From positions 1-50,164 of the IMG/VR virus record IMGVR_UViG_3300027516_000001: 50,164 nucleotides of DNA. One strand, 5' to 3'. Below are positions 1-9,342 of the stretch, piece after piece; positions within the stretch are counted from its first letter, which is position 1, and the number at the start of each line of letters is the position of its first letter. This DNA is from a virus (taxonomy: Duplodnaviria; Caudoviricetes). The notes beneath the pieces were generated by a model. That model had not been told where the DNA came from, did no database searches, and saw only the letters and a list, made by a program, of their open reading frames with translations. Both the position numbers and the translations under genes were made by a program.

Positions 1-99
1 GCAGTTCAAACATATCCAAATCCTCCAATTCCAAACCAGCCAAATGCTGTAAACATCGCTCTTGGTACACCTGTAGCAGATGGACGCACTTTGTTCATG
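1..99. repeat. Terminal direct repeat, identical to 50066-50164 (assembly overlap of a circular or circularly permuted genome)
   Basis: Exact 99-nt identity at both ends; an ORF reads through the junction in frame. Confidence 0.97.
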
Positions 100-369
100 T
101 CCCCTGACGCGGATAATGTATTCGAGGCGATTTTTGACAATTCCAACGGCTCTGTAGCTGCTGATTACACTCCAACGCAGGCAGATATTGGCAAACTTTA
201 TGGAATGACGAAGGATGCGAATAGGTTCTGGTATGTGGATAAGAATAAGGCCACTGCTGGAACCAATACCTGCGTGCAAATTGTTGGTATCAACACTTCT
301 GATGGCTTTAGCGTTAATGCTAGAGTTCGTTTTGTGTTTGTACCAGCGAACGCCGTCCAAGGCTTCTAG
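1..369 (+). CDS. 3' part of the junction-spanning capsid accessory/decoration protein (49772-50065 + 1-369, ~220 aa)
   Basis: In frame with ATG 49772 across the junction; directly upstream of the MCP. The listed ORF 91..369 is only its C-terminus. Confidence 0.8.
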   Translation, partial: AVQTYPNPPIPNQPNAVNIALGTPVADGRTLFMSPDADNVFEAIFDNSNGSVAADYTPTQADIGKLYGMTKDANRFWYVDKNKATAGTNTCVQIVGINTSDGFSVNARVRFVFVPANAVQGF

Positions 370-406
370 AAGACCGCGCTGAGAGCGCAGAAAGGATATC
401 TGAAAA

Positions 407-1438
407 ATGCCTCAAGTTAGGGCGAAGTTTCCTCAACTCATGCAGCCGGGATTAAAGAAGATTTATTTCGATTCTCTCGACTCTCAGCTCAAGGCATCTG
501 ATTATCCGAAGGTCTTCAATGAAGAAAAATCGGATCAGCAGTATGAGCAAGAGCTGGAAATGGCGGGAATCTCTGCTTTACAAGAGAAGCCCGAAGATGC
601 TTCAACTGTTTATACAGAGATGAAGCAAGGTGGAACGAAAAGATTCGTCCATCTCACTTATTCTCTTGGGATTAGAACTTCCCGAGAACTTTACGATGAC
701 GATAAGTATGGCCTAACGGGTAAGAAAGGGCCACAACTTCTTGCGCGGTCTGCTGCTTTTACGCAAGAGATGGTAGCATGGAATGTCTTTAACATGGGAT
801 TCACATCCTCTGTACAAAGTGTTGATGGCAATCCACTCTTCTTCAATCAACATCCACTTCTAGGTGGTGCAGCAGCTACAAACTTGGCGCCTGGAGCAGC
901 TGGTGTAATTTCTCTAGCTGGCACTTGGCCTAATCGTCCAGCTGTTGATGTAGATTTTAGCGTAGCTGGACTTCAACTCGCCACAAATCACGCAGCTCGT
1001 ATGATTGACAATATGGGATTTCCCATTCGTTTGCGTTGGGAGAATCTCATAACTCCTCCAGAGCTACGCTTTCTGGTAAGAGAGATCTTGGGATCTCCTG
1101 GTAAACCTTACACATCAGATAATACAATCAATTCTCTGTTGCCTGAGGATTACAAGAATCTTGAGATTCCGTGGCTCAATTCTCCATCGAATTGGTACTT
1201 AGTCGCGGCGAAAACTGATCATTCAATGCGTGTCTATCATCGTGAGCGTCCTTCTACAGATTTTGACGATGATTTCGACACAGATGCGATCAAACAAAAA
1301 ACTCGCCTGAGAATGAGTGCCGGTGCTACAAGATGGCAAGGAGTCTGGGGCACGCAGGGTCCAGTTATAGCATTTTGCGCCCTCAGTCTTGGCGCAATGC
1401 TAGGTTCTGCGCTAGGCTCATTATTTGGAGCTTGTTGA
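407..1438 (+). CDS. Major capsid protein (Mu gpT-like/HK97-fold family) with a 24-aa hydrophobic C-terminal extension
   Basis: N-terminal QLMQPGL, TYSLGIRTSRELYDDDKY, DGNPLF..QHP and the C-terminal WQGVWGTQGP are typical of this MCP family; follows portal and scaffold. Confidence 0.9.
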   Translation: MPQVRAKFPQLMQPGLKKIYFDSLDSQLKASDYPKVFNEEKSDQQYEQELEMAGISALQEKPEDASTVYTEMKQGGTKRFVHLTYSLGIRTSRELYDDDKYGLTGKKGPQLLARSAAFTQEMVAWNVFNMGFTSSVQSVDGNPLFFNQHPLLGGAAATNLAPGAAGVISLAGTWPNRPAVDVDFSVAGLQLATNHAARMIDNMGFPIRLRWENLITPPELRFLVREILGSPGKPYTSDNTINSLLPEDYKNLEIPWLNSPSNWYLVAAKTDHSMRVYHRERPSTDFDDDFDTDAIKQKTRLRMSAGATRWQGVWGTQGPVIAFCALSLGAMLGSALGSLFGAC

Positions 1439-1449
1439 GGAGTTGAAAA

Positions 1450-2019
1450 ATGGAAGGTAAGGTTTGTATTCAATGTGGACAATTGAAAGCTTTAACATCC
1501 TTTGATGTGTCTTTCGATGGGCAAAATGCTAAGTATGGTTTTACTCAAAGAACGTCATATAAAAGTAGATGCAAAGCTTGTTATGCGTTAAGGGATAGAC
1601 TTGGAACAAAGATGAAGTTCATAGCAATGTATGGAAGTATTTGTATTTGCTGTGGAGAATCTGATCCGAGATTTTTAACTCTTGACCATGTTAAGGATGA
1701 TGGTAATATACACAGAAAAGATTTTGCGTGTAATCAGATTATGGCTGTGGCTATTAAGCAGCATAGACCTGATCTTTACCAGATTCTTTGTTACAATTGT
1801 AATTGTGGAAAAAGTTCAAATGGTGGTACTTGTCCACATAAAGATATAACTCTTCAAGAGTATGTTGATTCTGTAAATAAACTTCTTGAAGTAGTTAAAA
1901 AACCTGCTGTTGGTGAAAAACGAGTTCGTCTTACTGCTCAACAACAGTTAATGGAGCTTTTTAAAAATATACCTCCAGAACAATTGGAGGCGTACTTGAA
2001 ACGTATACACGGTCCATAA
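1450..2019 (+). CDS. Zn-binding HNH (homing-type) endonuclease
   Basis: CxxC...CxxC N-terminus; CICCGE..LTLDH...QILCYNCNCGK...CPH; RBS GAGGAG. Confidence 0.85.
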   Translation: MEGKVCIQCGQLKALTSFDVSFDGQNAKYGFTQRTSYKSRCKACYALRDRLGTKMKFIAMYGSICICCGESDPRFLTLDHVKDDGNIHRKDFACNQIMAVAIKQHRPDLYQILCYNCNCGKSSNGGTCPHKDITLQEYVDSVNKLLEVVKKPAVGEKRVRLTAQQQLMELFKNIPPEQLEAYLKRIHGP

Positions 2020-2042
2020 GCTGCGTGGGCAGTCTTATGTGC

Positions 2043-2089
2043 GAGGGGGAAGAGGTTAACCTGCTCCCCATCTTCTCCCTCTATTTTTT
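2043..2089 (+). terminator. Rho-independent terminator after MCP/HNH
   Basis: GAGGGGGAAGA...TCTTCTCCCTC stem followed by TATTTTTT. Confidence 0.7.
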
Positions 2090-2092
2090 AGG

Positions 2093-2365
2093 ATGAATTC
2101 CATGTCCTATCTTGGACTAAAGCGAAGCTTCTTACAAGGTCCGTGGCATCATTGTGCGAGGTGTGATAGAAAGACGCACATTTCTGAAATGTCATGGCAG
2201 CGTGGATTACTTCTCTGTGATCAATACTGCAAAGATACTGAGTTAATAGGTCAGCGTGATGTAAGAATTGCTCAAGTTTTAGGGGATGGGAAAGAGGAGT
2301 ACGTGCCTGTTCCCAAACTCCGTAATCCTGATACGTTCATGGAAGAAGAGGATTTCATCCTCTAG
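2093..2365 (+). CDS. Small zinc-finger protein of the virion-gene region
   Basis: CARC...W.RGLLLCDQYC motif. Confidence 0.7.
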   Translation: MNSMSYLGLKRSFLQGPWHHCARCDRKTHISEMSWQRGLLLCDQYCKDTELIGQRDVRIAQVLGDGKEEYVPVPKLRNPDTFMEEEDFIL

Positions 2366-2379
2366 AAGGAGATTTGGAA

Positions 2380-3075
2380 ATGCCAAATACTGATCAATAT
2401 TGGCAGGCTGATACTCCGTTTCCCGATCAAGAAATCTTTGTAGGAGCTACGGAGTTTAAAGATTTAGCGGGCGTTGCGACCTTTGCTTCTGCTGGAGCAG
2501 GGTTGCTATCGTTGAATCTTGGCACAGCTGCTGCTGGAAATTTCTTTGCAAATATCACGGCAGCTTTGAAAAGGACAGGAGTTTTAGCAACTCCAGCATT
2601 ACAACAATCGCAATTTGGTACAGGTGCATCTATGCCTGGACCTTCAGGTGTTGCTAACACAACCGATCCTGAAGGAATTCGCGGATTTCCACCTTTTCCA
2701 GCATCTAAACTTCCAACTTTAATTGGAGCGCAAACTGGTCCAATAGTAAAGGGCATTCAGGTAAACTCTGTGGATTTGCTCTATAACATTGGTACTGTAA
2801 ATGCTGGACTTGCTCAAGTTGGACTCACAATTACGAACTTCATCGACAACAATGCTGCGACTCCAACTTCAACAAACATTATCGCTCTTGGAGCGAATGG
2901 AATGCCAACAGCATTTCGCGCGAATTACTATCGTTTCAATGTTCCTGTAACATCTCCAGCGATGGTAACTGCTTTTGATAGTGAGTTAATTGCGAATGTG
3001 AAACTCACTGCTGGATCTGGTGGAACAGTTGTTTTCTATGGAATGGTTGCGAAATGTTCGTTTAATTTTGCATAA
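2380..3075 (+). CDS. Putative virion structural protein
   Basis: RBS AAGGAG; G/A/T/N-rich beta-type composition; structural module. Confidence 0.6.
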   Translation: MPNTDQYWQADTPFPDQEIFVGATEFKDLAGVATFASAGAGLLSLNLGTAAAGNFFANITAALKRTGVLATPALQQSQFGTGASMPGPSGVANTTDPEGIRGFPPFPASKLPTLIGAQTGPIVKGIQVNSVDLLYNIGTVNAGLAQVGLTITNFIDNNAATPTSTNIIALGANGMPTAFRANYYRFNVPVTSPAMVTAFDSELIANVKLTAGSGGTVVFYGMVAKCSFNFA

Positions 3076-3084
3076 GGAGGGACT

Positions 3085-3366
3085 ATGCCTTTACCGGGAA
3101 CAAATGATTACAGCGGGCGAATACTCCGTCTAGTTACAACAGGCACGATTCCTCTTGCGAACTTTAAAGTCAAAGGAGGAGTTTGGACTGGCGGAACTGC
3201 TGCTGATATCTTCTCAATGGTAGATGAGGCGGGAAGACAGTACGATTGGATATTTCCTACCGCTGGAAATGTTCAAATAAGTGAGCTTGGATGGATGTCT
3301 GGTCCTGTTACCATCACAGCTTTGCCTCATGGAGAAGTGCAGCTCTTTCTTGGCACAGGAAAGTAA
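3085..3366 (+). CDS. Small putative structural protein
   Basis: Strong RBS AAGGAGG; position in structural module. Confidence 0.6.
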   Translation: MPLPGTNDYSGRILRLVTTGTIPLANFKVKGGVWTGGTAADIFSMVDEAGRQYDWIFPTAGNVQISELGWMSGPVTITALPHGEVQLFLGTGK

Positions 3367-3402
3367 AGCTTCCCTGAGCGGGGAACTTTTAAGGAAGCAT
3401 CT

Positions 3403-5973
3403 ATGGGACTCTTAAAAACAACCAAACTGGATAACGGAATGGTTGGGTTTGAGTGTATTTATGGTGGTCTAGAAGCGCCATTCGGTGGAATTGATGCTTC
3501 TAGTCCTAACCCTAGATACATTGATCCTAAGTGTTTTGCAGATGCTTCCAATTTTTTGATCATTAATAATGAGCTTTGCTGCTGTTTTACATCTGGCGTA
3601 AATCAATGGCCTAGCTTCGCTCCTGCTGTTCCTCCTTCTGATTGGAATCCTTGGCCGTTAGCTCCTACTTCAGCTAGTCCTGGAATACTTCTAGGAATGG
3701 GAAAATTAGAATGCGAAGCCATAACTAAAACATGGGCGTTATTTAGCTCTCCTAATGTTGATAGCTCAAATTTCTATCATTATAGACTTCTTGTCTGGCA
3801 ATCTGATGGTTTTGCAGCTACAGATGGATCTATTCCAGCGAATAAGATGAGTTATTATGATTTCACAATAGTCGCAAATACAGTGACTTTTCCTGCTCAG
3901 CAGGCTCAATGTGTGCTAACAGTGGGATGGAATGGCTCTCTTACAGCAGTGCCAACGCTTCCAGTAGCAAGTACTCCTGTACCTTGGGATCCAACTAGTC
4001 CTGCATCACCTACTACACCTCCTGCGGCAGATGGTAAAATCTACGAAGTTGATGATTGGAGCACGAATGTAATTGCTCCAGCAGGATATACTCTTAATTT
4101 TGGATTACCATTTTATGCAATATATCCTCCAACGAACGCTGGAGGTACAGCACCTGCGCATCTTCCTGGAATTGCTGATGTTGTAACTGGAATTATAACG
4201 AATATTAATACTTATATTGGCTTGCCGTTTAAAGCAACTGCTGGACCAGGAACTAATCAAATAACGCTTACAGCGTTTACTCAAACTGGATTACCGTCAG
4301 TAGATGGAGCAGCTGGAAATTCTCTACAAATGGATGATGCGCAACCTACTCCTATGCTATTTGGATGGTTTCCTAATGTTGCAAATGCGCCTTTTACAAA
4401 TGGAGCGTTTACATCTACTTATCTTAGTGGCTTTTATAAACCACCAAATCCTTTTACGCAAGCTGCATTTTCAATCAGCGCAACTGCTTTTGAAGGTGGA
4501 GAAGATGCTAAATCTTATGTAAATGGGCCAATTCAAAATCTCACATGGCAAACTGTTGGTAGTAGTTTATATCTTGCTGGCTGGCCTGCTGGATATATAC
4601 TTGAATATAATGATATAACTAAGTATTTTGGCTACATCACGCAGTATCAAGGTGCGCGAGTTCTTTCAAAATTCGCAGGACACTTAATTGCTGTTGGTGT
4701 AATTAATGGTTTAGGCGCAGGTGGGGAAGGAACTAACTTTGATAATACTCAACTATGGTTTGCGTGGAGTAAGGAAGGAGATTTTTCTACATGGAACGCA
4801 GTGGATTCAGGAGGACTCGTTACAGGAGCAGGAGGCGAACAGCTAGCAGATATCTCAGATATGTTGACGGGATTAGTAATCTCCAATTCTGTCGCATTTA
4901 TCTTGAGAGCGGAGGGATTAAGTTACGCCACAGTTCAAGCAAATGCGAGTGTTCCATTCGACGTAAGCCACGTGGCATTATCAAAATTCGGTCAAGGCTG
5001 TCCAAGTACTAGCTTATGGACGCAATTTGATCAATTGGGATTTTATATAGGTCAAACGAATGTTTTCATGCTCTCTCAAGCTCCTCAAGCAATTGGGGAT
5101 AAAATAGTCATGGCTCTGTTTCCTCAATTAATTAATATGGCTAATAGATTAAATGATGTACTTATTGGGCCTCCATATAATTTTCCTCTAGTTGGAAATC
5201 CATCGCCGTTTGAGGATAAATATTACAATAAAGTCTCTGTTGAACCTCTTACTTTTATGAACAATAATCGCGAAAATGTTGACTTTGGAGTGCTTATAGA
5301 TAACTTAATATATATGTTTTCTCCCGTAGATGGAACATGGATGAAGCTAGATATGAATCCAGTCTTACCTCCAGAGTTGATAAGTGCTTTAACTTGGAGC
5401 ATTAAAAAGCTTGTTACGTTACCACTTTGGAGTAGCGTAGGATATGATGGATCATATCAATCAAGAAGAGCACTCGTTTACGCACAACGTTTTACTAGTG
5501 GGCATTATCAAGCTCCAGAACTTTATGATCTTACGCCTCGTTTTTATTCAACAACAACGCAAAGTGGATACATTTGGTTTCCTGCTGAAGAGATATCTCT
5601 TGGAAGAGATATTACAATAGATGCTCTCTATGTGCTTATCAGCGCAGCTCCTGGGATTGAGATTGATTTTCAAATAGATGGATGGCAGAGAGATCAAAAT
5701 GGAAATTCTGCATACGTTCAAGCGGCGTTTACTGGAAGTATTGTCACAGATGCAAGTGCATATCCAGGTTTTTATGAGGAGTATCAAGTCTTTAATGCAG
5801 ACGGCTCTGCCATTACGCTTAAAGCTCCACAACTCAAGATTAATGTTAATCCTCAAAGTTCTTGGGCTGGTTATACTCCTCCTATACCTTATCCTATTTT
5901 TTCGCAACCTTTTATAAAAATTTCGAAAGTTGCAATGTTTGGATCATTTGATCCTAACCAGAGGCCAGTATGA
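3403..5973 (+). CDS. Putative tail hub/nozzle protein (P22 gp10 / T7 gp12-like)
   Basis: 856 aa; N-terminal PFGGID..P; beta-propeller-like segments (LWFAWS..GD..TW, LADIS, FDV..V..GC); podovirus synteny. Confidence 0.65.
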   Translation: MGLLKTTKLDNGMVGFECIYGGLEAPFGGIDASSPNPRYIDPKCFADASNFLIINNELCCCFTSGVNQWPSFAPAVPPSDWNPWPLAPTSASPGILLGMGKLECEAITKTWALFSSPNVDSSNFYHYRLLVWQSDGFAATDGSIPANKMSYYDFTIVANTVTFPAQQAQCVLTVGWNGSLTAVPTLPVASTPVPWDPTSPASPTTPPAADGKIYEVDDWSTNVIAPAGYTLNFGLPFYAIYPPTNAGGTAPAHLPGIADVVTGIITNINTYIGLPFKATAGPGTNQITLTAFTQTGLPSVDGAAGNSLQMDDAQPTPMLFGWFPNVANAPFTNGAFTSTYLSGFYKPPNPFTQAAFSISATAFEGGEDAKSYVNGPIQNLTWQTVGSSLYLAGWPAGYILEYNDITKYFGYITQYQGARVLSKFAGHLIAVGVINGLGAGGEGTNFDNTQLWFAWSKEGDFSTWNAVDSGGLVTGAGGEQLADISDMLTGLVISNSVAFILRAEGLSYATVQANASVPFDVSHVALSKFGQGCPSTSLWTQFDQLGFYIGQTNVFMLSQAPQAIGDKIVMALFPQLINMANRLNDVLIGPPYNFPLVGNPSPFEDKYYNKVSVEPLTFMNNNRENVDFGVLIDNLIYMFSPVDGTWMKLDMNPVLPPELISALTWSIKKLVTLPLWSSVGYDGSYQSRRALVYAQRFTSGHYQAPELYDLTPRFYSTTTQSGYIWFPAEEISLGRDITIDALYVLISAAPGIEIDFQIDGWQRDQNGNSAYVQAAFTGSIVTDASAYPGFYEEYQVFNADGSAITLKAPQLKINVNPQSSWAGYTPPIPYPIFSQPFIKISKVAMFGSFDPNQRPV

Positions 5974-6158
5974 AACTTATTAATGCGCAGCATATGCAAG
6001 CTAAGATTCATCCTGAGCATCTCAGATGGGCGCAGGCTATGTATCAGAATGTACTTTATATTCTGACTCAAGTTCCTACTCCTCCTCCTACGATGAGTTA
6101 TAACATGGCTGCGCAAATTGAGTTAAAACGCAGAGCAAGGAGGCAAAATGCAGGTTAG
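5970..6158 (+). CDS. Hypothetical protein
   Basis: Overlap-coupled to both neighbours. Confidence 0.55.
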   Translation: MKLINAQHMQAKIHPEHLRWAQAMYQNVLYILTQVPTPPPTMSYNMAAQIELKRRARRQNAG

Positions 6159-6897
6159 TGATCTTTATCCGGGAATTAAGCGTTTACTTATGGGTAGATC
6201 TTTGACTAATGCTTTTATGGCTACTTATGTTCAAAAAGGAGTGTATGAGATAACGGAAAATTTCAAATTCCAAAAGCTTCAAACAAGTGGACCAGTAGTG
6301 CAACTTACTTCGCTTCAAGCGAACTATGATCCTCAGTTTTTTATGAGTTCTACTGATTCTGCGCAAAATAATGTAATTAATAAAATTAATTCATTATTTT
6401 TATACACAACATATTATGGTCCTTATGTGCCTGGAACTCAACCTGCGCTTGGAGGAAACTCTGGATATAACTTAACCTTCAAAACAGTTGATAACATCGA
6501 AGTTCTTATAAATGTGCCTGGAATGCCTATTTATTGGACGAGATTTAACGATCAAGTTTGGGTTGGATCTATTCCTGACAACAACTATAGCTGCTATGCG
6601 AGATATCAAAGAGAGCATCCGTTTTCTTCTCCTACCGTGGCTGATACTGATCCATTATATTTGCCAAATTCTTGGCAAGATATTCTCGAATACCAAAGCT
6701 CCATGAGAGCAGCTCAAGAGCTTAATCTTTCTACGAAAGTGTCTGAGTTTAATGCTAGATTAAATGGCGATAAGCAGTTTCAACAATCTAGAGGATTAGA
6801 AGGTTCGCCTGGTTTAATTTTTCAGCGTACTTCTCAAGAAAATAGAGATCAAACTACCTCGCGAAAGTCGTTTAGATTGAAAATGGGGAGTGTGTAA
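6148..6897 (+). CDS. Putative head-tail adaptor (tail tubular A/gp4-like)
   Basis: G.P.YW...V.VG.IPD..Y...ARY...LP..W.DILEY pattern; RBS AGGAGG. Confidence 0.65.
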   Translation: MQVSDLYPGIKRLLMGRSLTNAFMATYVQKGVYEITENFKFQKLQTSGPVVQLTSLQANYDPQFFMSSTDSAQNNVINKINSLFLYTTYYGPYVPGTQPALGGNSGYNLTFKTVDNIEVLINVPGMPIYWTRFNDQVWVGSIPDNNYSCYARYQREHPFSSPTVADTDPLYLPNSWQDILEYQSSMRAAQELNLSTKVSEFNARLNGDKQFQQSRGLEGSPGLIFQRTSQENRDQTTSRKSFRLKMGSV

Positions 6898-6898
6898 C

Positions 6899-7642
6899 AT
6901 GGGCAGCGTACCTTACGGAAATCCTGGTGGAGTAAATCAAACAGCGCCTCAAGCAACTGGTACTGTAGCAACTCCGGCTCAAATCTCAGGTGGTGGTGTG
7001 CCTTCTTCTTCAAATCCTTATATGTTCTCATCAGGTACTACAAATCCAAGTGGTAGCGGTGGTGGCGTACCTACTTCGTATGATCCAAATCAGCAGAATC
7101 TTCAAAAACAATGGACAGATATATATGGACAAGGTACAGGAAGCGCAATGCTTAATGAATATAATAATCTCATGGGCACAAATAGTGCTGCTTTTCAAGC
7201 ATTACAAGCAAGCATGGCTCCTGTATTTGCTCAGCAAAATGCTCAATTCGGCCAAGGTATGGGAGCAGCAGGAGTTGGACCAAATTCTACAGTTCAAGCT
7301 TTGGGGCTTTCTAATCTTCTCGCGAATCAAGGAGCTACGCTCTCAGGCGCAGATGCTTCGATGATTATGCAAAATCAACAAGAGAGACTTGGCCTTTTAC
7401 AAGGAACAGAGCAAGCATCTGCTGCTGAAGTTGCGCAGAGTGGATGGGATGTTTTTGGACAAGTAGCTGGTGCTATTGGCAATGTAGCAGGTGCTGTTAT
7501 GGGAATGCCAGGAATTGGTGGATTATTTGGAGGAGGAGGAACTCCTGCGGGATTATATTCTCCATCTGTTACAGGTGTGAATACGCAACCAGAACTCTCT
7601 GGAGATTATAGTATTCCATCAGTTCCAACGGAATCTTTTTAG
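6899..7642 (+). CDS. Putative DNA ejection/pilot protein
   Basis: Q/G/A-rich with C-terminal Gly-rich hydrophobic helix; podovirus synteny. Confidence 0.6.
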   Translation: MGSVPYGNPGGVNQTAPQATGTVATPAQISGGGVPSSSNPYMFSSGTTNPSGSGGGVPTSYDPNQQNLQKQWTDIYGQGTGSAMLNEYNNLMGTNSAAFQALQASMAPVFAQQNAQFGQGMGAAGVGPNSTVQALGLSNLLANQGATLSGADASMIMQNQQERLGLLQGTEQASAAEVAQSGWDVFGQVAGAIGNVAGAVMGMPGIGGLFGGGGTPAGLYSPSVTGVNTQPELSGDYSIPSVPTESF

Positions 7643-7650
7643 GATGATTT

Positions 7651-9342
7651 GTGGCGCAGCAACAAGAACCTAGTTCGCAGGATTTGACTCCTATAGCTCC
7701 AGCTCGTCCTATGCCTACTGGAACACTTGCGGATTATGAAGCAGATCAAGCTTTTTTAGCAAGAATTGGAATACCGAGTACAATACATTATGAAGGTTCG
7801 GATATTCCATCGAAGGGAGTTTCAAAAATGGCGCAATCTATTCCTTTAGGTGCAGTCCCAAATCCTGGTGCTCTTTTTGGAAATACTGTAGTTCCAACTC
7901 AAGCTATGACTGGAGGTGGAGGAGTTCCTTCTTCTACGCCTACGGCTGGATTAAGTGCTCAAGATTTAGATGATATTAATTCTGTAATGAAATCTGTATA
8001 TACTCCTATAGATCCAAATATTATTAAAGCAGCAACTACACCTACAGCTGGTGCTGGAACTCCTTCCATGCCTTCATCTATGACGAATCCTCTTCCTGAT
8101 TTTCAGCCTATGCCTATGATGCCTTCGAGTTTTTCTCAAGGAGTTGTGGGTAGAAAAGCAGCGCATCAAAGAGGAATTGCAAATGCTATAACTGGCGTTA
8201 CGAATGCTGTGGGTTCTATTATAAGTCGTGAAGCAGAGCAAAAACATGAGCAAATTGCTTCATCTACGAAGAATCTTATAACAATGCAACAAGCAATAGA
8301 TCAAGCGAAACAGGTTCTTTCTAATAATCCTAAAATGGACCCAAAGCAAGCTGCGGCGTTGCAGCAATCTATTGATAGAAATACAGAAAATATGAATAGA
8401 ATTCTTTCAGATAAGAAACTGGCGAAAGCTATTTCGAAGGGATTAGATATATCCTTCACAGATCCTTCTGAGAACAAAACGCCTGAACATGAGGCTGTAG
8501 CTTCTGGAAAACAACAAGCTCAAGAAACAATGCAGCAACAATTTGCTCGTCAAATGCCTCAACAAGTTGGGCCAAATGTTCAGGCAATTCAACAACTTCA
8601 AGCTCAAATGGCTCAACAAAAAGCGCAAGCTGAAAGTGCGAAAGTTGTGTTTCCATATCTTGCGCAATTAAAGCGTACCCAAGCTGCATTTGGAGTTGAA
8701 GGCATGAAAGAAGCTGCTAAAGCTGCTATTGTAAATGCGAATTGGGCTAATAAATTTTCTATGCAAAATAGACAATTTCAATTTTTAGGCCAAATGCAAG
8801 GTAGAAAATATCAGGCAGAAGCTCAACTTCTTGATCGTAAATACAAAGATCTAGCTGCTGCCCAGAAAGAGATCTTTGACGCAAAATGGGATAAAGAAGG
8901 TCTTGGCAAATTATTTTCATCTATAGAACATCAAACAGATACTACCATAACAGCTGAAGAAGAACATCAAAGAAGGTTAGAGAATGATATGAGTTTGAAT
9001 AAAATTCCAAGAGTTAAGATTCCCTCGAATCCTGATCAAGCTACAATTTCAGCTTTAAGAGCAAAATATCCAGAGCAAGTACTTGAATATAATATGCAAC
9101 TTCAACAATCTCAAACAAGACTTGCTGATCTAAATCGCTATAAAGTAGATTTAGGTAAACAAATGGCGAGTGTAGGAGGTTTATTGGATGCCTCAGGATC
9201 AGATGACGATAGTGACACCGGAGGGGAGAGGGATCTCGACAGTGCCTATAGCTGGCTCAACTCCTCTCTCACCAATCCAGATGCCACCGGAGGAACTGGC
9301 GGAGCCGAAGCAGGAGATCTCAACGTCGGGGACCAGCATTAG
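7651..9342 (+). CDS. Putative internal virion/ejection protein
   Basis: 563 aa; Pro-rich N-terminus then Q/A-rich coiled coil. Confidence 0.6.
   Translation: MAQQQEPSSQDLTPIAPARPMPTGTLADYEADQAFLARIGIPSTIHYEGSDIPSKGVSKMAQSIPLGAVPNPGALFGNTVVPTQAMTGGGGVPSSTPTAGLSAQDLDDINSVMKSVYTPIDPNIIKAATTPTAGAGTPSMPSSMTNPLPDFQPMPMMPSSFSQGVVGRKAAHQRGIANAITGVTNAVGSIISREAEQKHEQIASSTKNLITMQQAIDQAKQVLSNNPKMDPKQAAALQQSIDRNTENMNRILSDKKLAKAISKGLDISFTDPSENKTPEHEAVASGKQQAQETMQQQFARQMPQQVGPNVQAIQQLQAQMAQQKAQAESAKVVFPYLAQLKRTQAAFGVEGMKEAAKAAIVNANWANKFSMQNRQFQFLGQMQGRKYQAEAQLLDRKYKDLAAAQKEIFDAKWDKEGLGKLFSSIEHQTDTTITAEEEHQRRLENDMSLNKIPRVKIPSNPDQATISALRAKYPEQVLEYNMQLQQSQTRLADLNRYKVDLGKQMASVGGLLDASGSDDDSDTGGERDLDSAYSWLNSSLTNPDATGGTGGAEAGDLNVGDQH

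Noticed and set aside
1364-2016. Group I intron in the MCP gene
   Set aside because: Only ~85 nt lie outside the HNH ORF, no P/Q/R/S core was seen, and the repeat does not allow both a 5' U and a terminal G.
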